A stretch of DNA of 64,000 bases from Octopus vulgaris (lineage: Eukaryota), in assembly GCA_951406725.2 (NCBI GenBank), contig OX597819.1:134292001-134356000 (forward strand), given 5' to 3'. The translations under genes were made by a program, and so were the position numbers. This document shows, in pieces, positions 1 to 12,799 of this stretch. Numbering within the stretch: position 1 is the stretch's first letter; each line of letters starts with the position of its first letter. Below the pieces are notes generated by a model. It was given only the letters and a program-made list of their open reading frames with translations. It did not search any database and had not been told where the DNA came from.

Positions 1-979
1 TTTTTCTTTTTAATTATTGGTCCAAAATTCTTCCTGTTTTTCTTTTTGTAAAAATCTTTATGAACTACTCAGCAGCCTTGGTGAGACTGCTGATGGAATC
101 TAATTAGACTGAAACATGTCAAAAATTATGACCCTTGCCTACAAATAAGGGTCACCACTCACTAAACATGCAACTTTGGGAGATGAATTGATCTCTTCCA
201 ATTACCTCCATTGTTTCTTGGATATTCACAACTACTGCTAGGTTTTCGTTTACTTTCTCCTATTAAATTTTGATTAATTACGAATATTTTGTATATAGCT
301 TTTGCTGTCACCCTTCAACATAATTTATTTCATGTTGACAGTCCTATAATGTGTAAAAAGTGCACTAAAAGTACTTCCATCATTACTTCCATAAACTAAT
401 TTTTATTCTTTTCCACATTGGATGAAAATATGGACCATTATCTATCACATGATAGCAAAGGGTTTCAAACACAAATTACGGTAAAAAAAAAATTAAAAAT
501 ATACATTTAAAAGCAACTCCAGTGGTTGATATGATTTCATCAAAAATACTTGAAAGTCTAGCTCATTATTTTGGAGAGAAAGTTTACAATTCATATCCAG
601 GTCAATCTCTGGCTGTCTCTAATACACCAGCAAATTTTAAGTTCTTTATTTCAAAGATATTTTCAAAAAACTTGCCTATAATAATAAAACACAAAAATAA
701 ATTTCTTAAATTTTTGATTCTCTTTTTGCATTCTTATTCTTGAAGGACCATTGCCTCATAAAAACTCCCTCTGTCAGTCCTTCCTCTGTCAGTCCTTCCT
801 CTAAAGCATTCACCTAAGACTAGTTTCATTGAACACTGTTTTTTCTCTTCTATTTTAGGTTTAATGTCTTTACTACTTCTCTCTCTGTCTATCTCACTCT
901 TTTTACCTCTCTCTCTCCCCCTATACATACCTAGGGTGATATAAATCTGCAACACTTCTCTCTTTACAAACTAGAGAAT

Positions 980-1207
980 CATGTACATCTTCCCTTACAG
1001 CAAAGCACCTGTTCTTACCTTTCCATCATACTTTAACCATTCATCACCTGAGCATAAAGCCATCTCCTTCAATATTATAACCTGCAAGGTTGTGGGACTT
1101 GTGAGTTACCTGGAGACCTCACTAATGCCAGGCATTAGGTAGAAAACCAAACCAAAGCAGGCATCAACCAGTGCCATCACAGAAAACAAGTGTTAAATGG
1201 TAATGAT
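980..1207 (+). mobile_element. Decayed retroposon 3' region (pyrimidine-rich segment plus truncated shared tail)
   Basis: cacctgttcttacc...catactttaacc...gcataaagcc...gtgagttacctggagacctcactaatgcc resembles 34750-35063 and 44220-44540 (+) and 29101-29420 (-). Confidence 0.45.
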
Positions 1208-1505
1208 TTTTTATACATATATTTTTTCAAATATTAATTAGAAGCCACTCAAGGTATGTAAACAAAGTCAAACACACACCTACACAAGATGTGTGTGTGT
1301 ATTGTTTGTTGGGTGGCTGCATTTTTTAAGTGTAAGGGAAAATAGTCTCAATACCTTTAGTGTAAAACCACCTTTTTGTGACTTGCTTTCACCTGTTTTT
1401 ACACCAACGACATTGAGAATAAATTCTCTTATGACTAAAAAAAAAAAACCACAGCCACCCAACGAATTAACAACACACACATCTCGTGTATATGTGTTCA
1501 GTTTT

Positions 1506-1508
<3 letters not shown>

Positions 1509-1560
<52 letters not shown>
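1509..1560. repeat. (TA)n(GA)n microsatellite
   Basis: Directly visible. Confidence 0.95.
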
Positions 1561-1924
1561 ACATTATAGCAATGCAAAAACCCATTTGAGATCTTGCCAC
1601 TGACCAAGCAAGCAGTTTATATTCCACATTGATTACAGCAATATACTTTCTCAACATGGCCATCTGTTGAATGAGGAACTCTTCTGCCAGTGTTCGGAAT
1701 AATTCTCGCTGGTACATAGAACAAAGTAATAAAAATCAGCCTAACTATTAAGAATTACATTGCAGATGAATTCCTAGTGGAAGCGATAAATGTATTATCA
1801 GCCAGGCAGGGGGGGGGGAGACGTTTCTAACTGATAATACAGAAATATCTATAAGCTGCTAGATTTTATTTTTCCTTCTTTTTGCATAATATTGTAATTT
1901 CAACTCCATATACAAATATACATA

Positions 1925-2488
1925 CAGGAGGTGCCCAAAACAAACTGTGTACACACTTTAACAGCTAATAACTCAATTTTCATTTCTTTTTTCAATTTAA
2001 CTCATTAGAACTAATGAAAAGAGGAAAATTTACTCTCAGGTGCTAATGAAGGTTTGAAAATGCAGTGAAAGTGCAAAGACAGAAAGGAGTTTCAAACCGG
2101 TTTCAAACCTATGCGACTTTACTATCATTTGAATTAGAGATAAGTTTGAAGTAGATGGAACTGTTCATAATGTCCACAAGGAACATTCTGGGAGAACTTT
2201 TTTTTTTTTTTATGGGGTTACTAAAGGACAAAGTTTATGGTACAAAAGCAGTGACAGTCAATGAACTCATTCATTGAATGAGAATGCACACAAATACCAA
2301 ACGAAATATTTCTTGAGGTTTGCAATTCCATTTGCTCCACATTATCAGAAGTGGAACAGAATGGTCATTCATAAAAAAGTTAAATCATCTCTAGATTCTA
2401 TTAAGTTTTGAAAATGAAATGCATTTTAATAAACACTGACTTTATAGTCATTCAATGTATGTATACACTTCGGGGGTAATCCCCTATG
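1925..2488 (+). mobile_element. Internally deleted Tc1/mariner-superfamily DNA transposon
   Basis: TA-flanked degenerate termini (TA-CAGGAGGTGCCC... / ...GGGGGTAATCCCCTATG-TA). Internal remnants translate to DKFEVDGTVHNVHKEHSGRT (N-terminal part) and, across a frameshift, FFLWG.LKDKVYGTKAVTVNEL (C-terminal motif of Tc1-like transposases). Confidence 0.7.
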
Positions 2489-2994
2489 TATTCATATGTG
2501 TGTGTGTGTGTGTGTGTATATTTATATAAAATTAATGCAAATACACACCCACATATATATATATATCTATATATATTAGTTGTTCAAAACCAAAGATCAA
2601 TAAAGTTAGTTCATGTCAATATCATCAACAATACCTTTTAAAGGAGTGCTCCAGTATGGTCAAAGATTGAAAGCATTAAAAGACTGTGTGTATGTGTGGG
2701 CATATGCATCTGTCTGTCTGTATGGTTAATTTAATAGCATAGCGAGTTGATTGAGCTGTTGAACTCCATAGCTTTAATGTTAGACTTGCCTTACCAGACA
2801 AATAAGCATCCAATGAAAGACAGCCAAGCTTTACCAAACATGTGAAGAGGCAAGTTGTTACCCGAAACAACTGATGGACAAATTCTTTGAAAACAAACTA
2901 AAAAAGGAAATACATTCTAATAAATGTCTTAGATATATCTTCAATGACTGCATATTTCAGGTGACAGAAATACTCTTTTACAAATATATTCTTA

Positions 2995-3117
2995 CTATTC
3001 CTTAGCAGCAACATTTATTTGCCAGCCCAAAACTTGACGATCAAATCCACATGAGAAGAGGTGGCACAAAGAGCTTTCTTCAGCCCAGGTTACGGAACAA
3101 ACCATTCGACTGTGACC
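2995..3117 (-). CDS. WDR37: Terminal coding exon of WD repeat-containing protein 37 (last WD40 repeat plus stop)
   Basis: Translates GHSRMVCSVTWAEESSLCHLFSCGFDRQVLGWQINVAAKE*, closely matching my recollection of the vertebrate WDR37 C-terminus ([35 protein letters not shown]...). It is preceded on the minus strand by a polypyrimidine tract and acceptor (tttctatttttgtttctttacag|GGT), phase 0; 123 nt = 40 aa + stop. Confidence 0.9.
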   Translation of the reverse strand, partial: GHSRMVCSVTWAEESSLCHLFSCGFDRQVLGWQINVAAKE

Positions 3118-5427
3118 CTGTAAAGAAACAAAAATAGAAAATAAGGAATATTGTAAGTACAATTCTACAATTAATAAAGTAAAATTTATTTCCAACATCA
3201 ATTAAATAATAAAAAATGTTGATTGTAGTAACAACGGCCACCAAGTTATACTCCAGAACAGCAGAAAAAAAATTTAAAACAAGTTCTAATAACTTTTTTT
3301 ATGTCCAGAAAATTCACCACAAACATTCTTGCTAGGGTAAAATTTCCTACAGCAAATTTTCCCATAAACGAGGCACATAAGCAGACTATAAACTAGAGAA
3401 CTCATTTTAAAGAAATTATCTTTCTCTAATTGGTAGATTAATTGAGGAAGTTGCAATTTTAAGAAAACAGCCTTTTTTTTTTTTGTCAGTATATTTTTTT
3501 CACAGCGAATTTCCCTACAACAAAAATGATAATGGCAAAATTTCCTACAAGCAGAACCTTTAGCAAAAAAACTGCCAGTGTAGTTTGTACAGATGGCAGT
3601 CCCAATCGACACAGGTTGAGTAAAGTTTCATCAGCCTGTTACAGAAGTAATGTTTGGATCTATATTCTTCCTCTAAAACCATAAATAAGCTATGTGAACT
3701 GGACATAAATGGGTTTGGCAAGATCTGTTGAAGGACCACTTCCTTCAAGTTACCAGGTTTTAATTGCTGTGAAATTTCTTTAAACACCAAAGCATCTCTT
3801 TTAGAAGTATTCCATTTCTTACAAAAGACTGACCTACTTAGTGTCTCTGATCTTCTGCCATTGGTTCTATTCTGACCAAACTCATTGAAGGTCAAGAAAT
3901 ATTTACTGGTATAAAACAGAAAACATTTGTTTTTTTGCTTTAAGTTTCAGTCTAAGGACTGTGGCCATGCTGGTGCATTGCCATTACTTTGCAAATTACA
4001 TGAGTAATTAAAACTATGAAAGATTAATCTAATTACTTGAAATGGGTTAAAATAAGATGAAATTTTAAAATAAAGCCGGCTATGCCAGATGGATCTCCAA
4101 TCTGCCACAAACCAATTTCTTATGCTGAGTGAAGTATTAATACTCGTAACTGCAAATAACCAAAATGATTAAAGGCTAAACAGTGACATTCACTGCAATA
4201 ATCTGTTAAGATGTGGAATTAAAATGCTGAATATTTCTTTTCTTTCAGTATATATGAAGTTTGAGTAAAGTACAAAGACTTGAATTCCGAATATTTGAAA
4301 ATAATCTGTGTCAACAGGAAAGTTTTCTTTTGAATAAATAATAATAATAATGTGAAGAGGCAAAAGTGGTAACAGTTAACTTGCTTTCATTGCCAGGAAA
4401 TAATTCGAACAAGAAATACAATTAACTTCTCTCTGGTACCAATTCAAAAGAAATGTTTGATGCATCTAAAAAAATATATAGTTTAATGTAATTGAAAAAG
4501 ACAGGACAAGTTGAATTTCACTATTCAATCAGTTTCTGTAGGAAGGGGTCAGAGCAGAAGCAGAAGATATTAAGACAACAGAAAACTTCTCAAACTATGC
4601 AAATAGAATAAATTGTGAGAAAAAGCAAAGAACAGCCATGACAAAACATTTATTTGATGTGAAAATAGTTCAATTTAAAATACTTTTTGACTAAGACCAG
4701 ATGTAATTAAATAAATGATAGAGCACATGTTAACAAAAGTCAAATATATTGAAAGTTGCTCTCCATATTACTCCTGTTGAATAGATTGAAAGTTTAAGAA
4801 TCAGATTTTAATAAACTTGTTTGAAAAGCTTTGCAAAATACTAAATAGTAATGAAAACTTTGTATTTACCTATTTTGATTTGTTTGGGTATATTCTAGAT
4901 TATATTAAAATACTTAAAGCAATAATTAGATTTTCTAATAAAGTGAAGTGTATTCTAAAACTGTTGCTGCTGAGTTCAAAGGAAACTAATAAAAGATAAT
5001 GATACTAACATAAAAACAGATTAAGAAGCCAGAGAGAAAAAAATTATCATTTTTATGGCAATTTAAAATAAAACCATTTGACTCTGATAAGCTAACACTT
5101 GAGATAGAGGGGGGGGAATGTTAAGTGAGCAGAGAAGAGGATTGACTTAAAGACTTTTTGCAGAGAAAAAGAAAAGTTTTCAACTTGAAACATAGAATTA
5201 AATTAATAGATGTTTTCTCATTATTGCAACCTAACAAGAAGTTGGACAAGAGACAGTTTGATAAAATAAAATTGTCAATAAGATATGACTAAATAATTAA
5301 TGGCATGTTGCAAGTGAATTGTATCATGTGAATATTTCCAAATTAGAATCCTAATCAAAAGGGAGAAAAACATTCTTTAGTCTAGAAGAGAAACTAATAA
5401 AACTGCTGATAAGTGTGAAATCAAGTC

Positions 5428-6457
5428 TAAACGAGGGCACTCAGAGAGCGCAAACCTCTGCCAAGGCAACACCAATGTCCTCGCAATGATTAGCCGGAAA
5501 TGATAATTAAAATGAGAATATCTGAAATAAAATTGACTGCTCTCACAAACAAGAATACTAAAAATGAATCTGACCGTTCTCAAAAATGAATTAAAAAAAA
5601 AAAATGGAAAAATATGCCAGAATCGTTGTCCGGTACCTGATCAATCCTAATGGTAGTCAGGGAATGTGAAGGTGGGTGTGCAGGCCATGTTTGTAACGGT
5701 GTGTGTGTGTGTCATCTGCAGTGGGAACAGGGACAGTTTTCTCTGTGAAGGCCTTTTTTTAGTCTATCCACTAATATAATGTCGTTACAACCATTAAAGT
5801 CTATAGTGAAAAATTTATGCATGAATGAAAGTGGAAAGGTGCTGTTAGCGGAGGTTGAACAACATCATTGCACAGAAAAACGCGAGTCCAAGAAGTAAGG
5901 CTTCCTTCAAGGCAGAGCTAGAAATGCGATTGTCAAGCAGGTAAGAGGTTTTAAACAGAAGCGATATATTCAAAATTGGCAAAACTAAAAATTGTTGAGG
6001 ATAAATTAAGTCTATTATTGTTACTGAATATGTTAGTGTTATTTAATTTCTGAATGGTTTTGCTACCGTTTGTTTATGTAGTTTGATTTCTTTATCCTCC
6101 AGTTTCTACTAAGATAGAGACGTGAGTAAAATGAATAATAGAGAAACAAAAATAAAACTTTGAAAACAGCAACGCCACCACATCTTACATGGAAACGATG
6201 AGCATGCTTTCAAGGGAGATAATCAGAGAAAGACTTGAAAGTGAACATAAGACCAATAATCATATAAAGTAAATAATCCAGAATTCTTGTCCGGTACCAG
6301 ACTGATCTCAAAATCTAATCAGTTTGTGCCAGTCACGAGGCCAAACACCCCTGAAGGTTTCATCCAAATCCATTCGGCAGTTCTTGAGATATCTTGACCA
6401 TGGACAAACAAACATGGGTAGAAACAATATTTCCACCTTCGCTAAGGTGGAGGTAAT
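5428..6457 (-). mobile_element. Non-autonomous Helentron-like (HINE/DINE-type) element
   Basis: Minus strand starts TTATTACCTCCACCTTAGCGAAGGTGGAA (subterminal palindrome) and ends GGCAGAGGTTTGCGCTCTCTGAGTGCCCTCGTT (subTIR followed by a 3' hairpin). Internal duplicated motif ccagaat...ttgtccggtacc near 5616 and 6278. Confidence 0.7.
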
Positions 6458-7261
6458 AAAACAAAACATTCACATATTTAAAAAAAAATCAAACAGCCTC
6501 ACCAGGTTCACTAAAAACTATTCCTTTGCACTGAATTTTGAACAGAACCTTCCAGCAGGTGGCATTAGATTCTAATGATTAGAATACAGAAGGAATGCAC
6601 TGCCAATAACCAAAACCCGTAAACATTAACAAAGCCACTAACAATGATTGATTAAGTTAATATAGTAACATATTGTTGGCTATTAACACGTGTTACTCCT
6701 TATTAATGATTGCATTTTCAAACTCTGTTTAGGTTTCCAAGTCTTTAACTTAACCCTGTAAAAGACACTAAAATCCACTCTTGAACTGTCAATAGGTACA
6801 AAATGGCCATCTACAGCCAGGCCCGGCCTTGACCTTTGCCTTTTATTTTTTGGATCAAGATTTATGGTTAAATGTTTACTTCTCAACAAAAGTGTGATTA
6901 GCCCAATTCCCCAACGACAAACACCCAAAAGATCTCTGATCAACCAAACAGCAAGTAGGGCAATGTACAACAACAACACAACAATAATAATAATTAGTAG
7001 TAATGATAATGATGTAGATACTATACTATAAAAGCCAATTTACAAATTTATTGTAATGATTAACAAAGTTTGGTCTTTAAAGCTAATCCAATTTAAATTG
7101 AATATATTTGATGGAATTTATTTCCAGTTGATTCTTACATTAAAAATCAAAAACTTTTTAGGTGAAGTCAAAGAACAGCAAAAATAATTTTATCAAGTAA
7201 TTACTGCAGAACTGTACATATGCTCTAATTATTTTAATGATATTTTGAAAATTAATATTAA

Positions 7262-8045
7262 CTGGCAAAACCCATGAATATTTCATGGAATTAAACTCAT
7301 TGGGTTATTTTTGAAAACTTTATCCAAAAAGCCCTGAAAGCGTAGCCTGTGTTGTGTCTGTATGAAAAGAGAGTCACTCATCTGCCACTCATTAAAAAGT
7401 GAAGGAAATTGGAATGAGACGATTATTTAATACACTTTATATACTTTATGCACAATTCTATAGACTTAATACACAGCAATCATAAAATAAATATTCACTC
7501 TTATTTTACCAGTTTTCCCATAAACAGAAAAAAATTACATTTTAAAATTTACATGGTCACAATTTCATATCAAGAAAAAAGGTTTGAGTAAAAAAATTAT
7601 TTTATATGTAAAATATAGGGGGTCATAATTTCATGGGGGTAAAAATTTAATGCCACATGGCATACTCTGGAAACCACATCGTAGTTAACTTATAAGCCAA
7701 ATTGATGGGTCAGAGCCAATACACATCTGAGTTTGCGTACACCTTTCAATCCAATACTTCTTTGCAAACTGTTCTTTGTGCAAGTTCTCCCTCTTCTTTT
7801 CCCTTGTTTGTCAGTGTTGATAACTTTATAACTCTCACATCAGATAATTTGCGAGCCCTTGAGAATGCAACATATAGATGACCATCGCCGAATACAGGTT
7901 CAGGCAAGAACAGCCCCACTTTATCAAATGTCTGCCCTTGTAACTTATTGATAGTCATTGTATATGACAGGCAAACAGGAAACTGGTTTCTTTCTAAGGT
8001 GAATGGCAAGTTTGGGATGCATGTGTGTAAAGTGACAGGTGATAT
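7262..8045 (-). mobile_element. Helitron 3' fragment: RepHel PIF1-like helicase C-terminus plus 3' terminus
   Basis: ORF 7746-8009 contains QFPVCLSYTMTINKLQGQTFDKVGLFLPEPVFGDGHLYVAFSR (Helitron helicase motifs V-VI). Downstream on the minus strand there is a hairpin CCATGAAATATTCATGG followed by ...CCAG|T at ~7262, resembling the CTRR terminus. Confidence 0.85.
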
Positions 8046-8324
8046 AAAAAACTTGGTTCAATTAAAAAAATTTTACTTTTTACTATGCACTCACCATTGC
8101 CACCACCACCACCACCACCATCTCTCTTCCTCTCTCTACGTTTCTTTAATCTCACCATCAGAACATCACCCTTCTGCTAAAGTTATATTCCTAACTCTCC
8201 TCTATATTCCTACCTTCAACTAACTTTTTTAACCACATAATAAATATTACGTTCGGCCTCCCACATGCCATGGATGCTTGTCACTCCATCTTTTCTCTCT
8301 CCCTCTGCCTCACTCTTCACCTTA

Positions 8325-8330
<6 letters not shown>

Positions 8331-8392
<62 letters not shown>
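8331..8392. repeat. (CT)n microsatellite
   Basis: Directly visible; it generates the spurious RERE/LSLS ORFs. Confidence 0.95.
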
Positions 8393-8395
<3 letters not shown>

Positions 8396-8526
8396 TTCTT
8401 GCTCTCTCTCTCTCTCACTTCTTTCTTGCTCTTTCTCTCTAATCATGCCAAAGTATTACCAACAGGCTAAGTAATGCAATGACAGGCAGAATCATTACAA
8501 GATCTTATTTCCTTCTATCCCATTCA

Positions 8527-8745
8527 AATCATCATCATCGTCAATTAGAATCTGCTTTCCATGCTGGGAAGGGTTAGATGGTTTCACTGGAACTGGTAAG
8601 CCAAGGAGCTACACCAGGTTCCAGTCTGATTTGGCAGGGTTTCTACGGGTTGATGCCCTTCCTAATGCCAGCTAATTCAAGAGTGTAACGGGTGCCACCA
8701 GCATGGGTGCCAGTCACATGACACTGGCATCAACCATGACTATGA
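8527..8745 (-). mobile_element. Retroposon shared 3' tail (GGAAGGGCATCC motif ... (GAT)n)
   Basis: Reverse complement of the tail seen at 12090-12350; starts with (ATC)n on the plus strand. Confidence 0.75.
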
Positions 8746-9219
8746 AGCTTCATGGCTGAGAAGCAAGCTTTTTACCACACAGCCACACTTGTGCCTCAAT
8801 ACAAAGATTGGAAAATAAAAATTACAAAGAAACAGCTTCAGTTTACCAATTATATATTTATGGATTCAACAAGACAGAGAACAGATCTATAAGTTGACTA
8901 AAATTTATATAGCATTTGTCTGGAGCCAAAAGACCGTTTTTAAAAAGCATGGACATCTCTGCCATACTTTTCTGTACATCAGTTTCTCTAACATTTAAAA
9001 TATCATCATCAATGTTTTTGTATCAACTTTCCCATGCTGGCACTGGTGAGATGGCCCCTTCTTTTGAGGCACAGTTTAACATTTGGACACCCTTCATGAT
9101 ACAAACTGTTTTGAATACTTCTTATAACATACAGGAATATCTTGCTGCATGTATAGATAAACACTTCAACAGAAAATACTGAGGGTTTTCATATTAAAAA
9201 GGTAAATCCTTTCAACATA

Positions 9220-9432
9220 TAATCTTTTCTACTCTAGGCACAGGGCCCGAAATTTTGAGGGAGGGGGCAGTCGAATAGATCAACCCCTGTAAACAACTGG
9301 TACTTAATTTATTGACCTCGAAATGAAAAGCACAGTCAACCTTGGTGGAATTTGAACTCAGAACATAAAGACAGATGAAATACCGCTAAGCATTTCGCCC
9401 AGCATGCTAACGTTTCTGCCAGATCACTGCCT
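9220..9432 (-). mobile_element. tRNA-derived SINE family A, full length, with 13-bp target-site duplication
   Basis: Minus strand head GGCAGTGATCTGGCAGAAACGTTAGC (A-box-like) and GAGTTCAAATTCC (B-box-like). Flanked by an exact direct repeat TCCTTTCAACATA at 9207-9219 and 9433-9445. Confidence 0.9.
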
Positions 9433-9494
9433 TCCTTTCAACATAGAATGTAAAAGGAGAAATGGAAGTCACTTTGGGACAACCTATTGAGAGC

Positions 9495-10037
9495 AACAGA
9501 TCAAATCTGTAGCTAGGCAAAGTCCTAACCAAACCAAGGGTGATATGGTGGTAGAACAGCAAAATAGACAGAGCCACAAAAATGAAGAGACATGCTTGAG
9601 AAGATGGGAAGAATGGGTGGAGCAGAGAAATAAAGCCAAGTGGCGAGAAGGGAAACTAGGTGACAAGTCTATCTAGGAAGGAGCAGAAAGGAAGAAGTTT
9701 GCCAATATTCTACAGTGTAGGGAGTAGAGGCATAAGATTGCAAGACAATGCAGGAGAGATAATGAAAATGTTGAGAGAGAGAAGTGGTTAATGGTATGGT
9801 TGCACCTTGAGATTCCAAGAAAAAAAAAGAGGCATGGAGGTGTTACTATGAAAAGCTATTAAATGTGGAAAATGCAAGGGAGAAGCAGAGTTTTCCTAAC
9901 ATGGACAGAACTAATCACAAGAAATTGTTGGAGCAGGTCATGGAAGTTACTTAATTAGCCCAACTAATTTATGAAGAGAGATAACTCGAATGAGATACAA
10001 TTTGATTTTTGTGCCAAGGAGAAGCACCACTGATACA

Positions 10038-10073
<36 letters not shown>

Positions 10074-11270
10074 TAAGACAACTGCAGAAATATTTAACCA
10101 AAAATATTTAGTCCTACTTGACATTTGTTGATATGGAAAAAGCCTTTGATAGGATCCCTTCTCCCCTCTTTCATCTGGTGGTCACTACATAAACTAGGGG
10201 TAGACAAATGCCCGGTGTGACTGTCCAAGCCATATTCAACAGCACTGTCAGTAAAGTGAAAGTCAGCAATGAGTATAGAAGTGGATTTAGTGTGCAGGCA
10301 GGAGTTCACGGGGGCTCACATCCCAGTACCCCCCACACCTTATATGTTATAGTTCTCTAGGCCATAGCAGAAGAATTTAAAACTAGTTGCCTGTGAGAGC
10401 TGCTCTATGTCGATGGCCTCATTCTTACAACTGAATCTGTAGCAGAATTAGAAAAGATATTCCAGATGTGGAAACAAAACCTGGGATCAAAGAGCTTTGA
10501 AGTTAACTTAACAAAGACCAAAATTTTAGTAAGCAGGGAAATAGACAAATCACTAATCCCTCCAGAAAAATAGCCCTGTTCAACATGTAGAAAAGATGTG
10601 GGTAGAAATTCCATATGATGTACCCAGTCCAAACTGTGAACACTGAAGAAGTGCAGTAAAACCAGAGGAAGATTAAGAGAGAGGTAAACCTAGTGGTCAA
10701 CTACCTGGGAGCAGCAGATGGTTTCTGTTATCTTGGTGACCTAATTGGCAGAGGAGGAGGAGGAGGAGGAGGATGCTCTGAAAGCAGTAGATAAAGGCTA
10801 GAGAGTGTGTGGAGAGCAATTACTTTTGTTGGTAATAAAACCAGAATGAAAAGAAGCAAATGCTTGTGTATGGACAGCCATGCTACATGGAGGTGAGACA
10901 TGGGTCACAAATGCAGAGGTTATGCTAAAACTAGACAGAAATAAAGCTAGCTGCTCTGCTGGGTGTGCAACGTCAGTGTGTGCATAAGCAACAAAGCGTA
11001 AATGTGTTGAGAGAAAACTTAGGCATAAACAACATTAAATGCAGTGAACAAGAAGGAAGACTTTGCTGGTTTGGTCAGGTGATGTGTGGGGATGAGGAGA
11101 GCTGCATAAAGAAGAATTGATCACTAAAATGTGACTGGAATCTATGAAAGAGGAAGACGTGGGATAAGAGACTGGAGACTGACCTCCAGATGTTGAGCCT
11201 CACAACAAAGATGAAAAAGGACCAAGATGACAGGTGATTTGCTACATTGAAGAGAGCCCCTTATATTGAA
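9495..11270 (+). mobile_element. Heavily decayed RTE-clade LINE reverse transcriptase region
   Basis: Broken frames give DMEKAFDRIP (~10133), GVHGGS (~10300), LLYVDGL (YADD-like, ~10400), FCYLGD and LHGGETW. Same family as 61040-61740. Confidence 0.8.
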
Positions 11271-12089
11271 GCATAAACGTGGCCTTGCTGTCCCTGACAC
11301 ATCTCTCTCCAACTCATCTTCCTAACACCCACTCTTCTGACCAGGGCACTAATCACTCAGCTGCCATAATTATGAGAGCAAAACTAGACATATTTTAGTT
11401 TAATGCTACTCTAATAGTCCACTCCTTGTTAGTGATCTGATTCTTGGTAAATAAGTGAAGAGTTCCCCTCCTCACATAAGACATGGCCAAAGATGAATTA
11501 CAACCCCTTCAGCTAATTGGAAAATGTATAACTCATCTGTTTGTTTCAATACCATAGTTTTTCATGATTATATTTAAAATAAGGGAAGAAAAAAAGGAGC
11601 TTGCATCGGCAACTGACTCATTCTAACAGAAACACAGTCAACATTAAACACAAAGGAAAAAACTGGAGCATCAACTGACAAAACATTTCCCAAGAACATC
11701 TGTTAATCCTAATGATGTTGCCAATGAGTCAACCTCACCAGCTTCTCTATCTCCAGTAAGGTCATCTCTTCATCATATGCTCTACTCTAGTAATAATGGA
11801 TCTGATGAGTGAACATCATCAATTTCTCCTCCTACTACTCCTCTTATAATAATTATTCCGTCTACAATACGGCCAAAATTACTCATGCTAATCATCACAG
11901 CAACTTAATGAGGAACCAACATCACCGTATACAGGAACCACAGAATCACAAAGAGGGGATAAAAAAGAAAAACAGCACCACATGGAAGTTGCAGAATTCA
12001 GAAAAATACAATCACTAGCAGCATCCGTCTTTTGTATTTGGGTGAATGTTTCTAGTAAAATAATTGTAGTTTGTTCGTTATCATATATA

Positions 12090-12350
12090 TGCCGGTGGCA
12101 CATAAAATACACCAATCCGACCGTGGCCGTTGCCAGCCTCGCCTGGCACCTGTGCAGGTGGCACGTAAAAAGCACCCACTACACTCACAGAGTGGTTGGC
12201 ATTAGGAAGGGCATCCAGCTGTAGAAACATTGCCAGATAAGACTGGAGCCTGGTGCAGCCTGGTGCAGCCTTCTGGCTTCCCAGATCCCCAGTCGAACCG
12301 TCCAACCCATGCTAGCATGGAGAACGGACGTTAAACGATGATGATGATGA
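12090..12350 (+). mobile_element. Retroposon shared 3' tail, young copy
   Basis: GGTTGGCATTAGGAAGGGCATCCAGCTGTAGAAAC...GTCCAACCCATGCTAGCATGGAGAACGGACGTTAAAC(GAT)n. Confidence 0.85.
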
Positions 12351-12356
12351 TATATA

Positions 12357-12731
12357 TTTGTTGTATTTGAGGATGATCATGTTGCCAGTTTAGCCAATAA
12401 AAACATACACACTATATATTTGGTGTTTCACTTCAGCCTTATTTTATATTAATCGTATTTCGTTCAGTTCTTTCGTCACACTTCTGTGACCTCATCAGTG
12501 GTCCTTTGCTTTCTTCTTTCCTTTTTGTGTCTCCTTGATCATTAGTAAGGAGAGACACACAAAAAAAGAAAGAAGAAAGCGAAGGACCACTGATGAGGTC
12601 ACAGAAGTGTGACGAAAGAACTCTGACCGAAATACGATTAATATAAAATAAAGCTGAAGTGAACACCAAATATATAGTGTGTATGTTTTTATTGGCTAAA
12701 CTGGCAACGTGATCATCCTCAAATACAACAA
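12357..12731. repeat. Near-perfect inverted repeat (~180 bp arms, 10 nt spacer), probably Penelope pLTR-derived
   Basis: 12357-12536 is the reverse complement of 12547-12731 with few differences; spacer gatcattagt. Each arm carries CTGATGAG-GTCAC...GTGAC-GAAA. Confidence 0.9.
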
Positions 12732-12799
12732 TATCCGTTTCAACACACGAATACACATCAAGAATCTTGCAAAACGAATATATAAACATATATATAAAC

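Noticed and set aside
1508-1717. Possible coding exon downstream of WDR37
   Set aside because: No recognisable homology, and it ends in a microsatellite; more likely UTR or intergenic.
2995-3201. 68-aa ORF as a standalone gene
   Set aside because: The first 28 codons are intron and polypyrimidine tract; only 2995-3117 is exon.
9330-9432. tRNA gene
   Set aside because: The A/B-box-like head continues into a SINE body with tail and TSD; no cloverleaf is evident.
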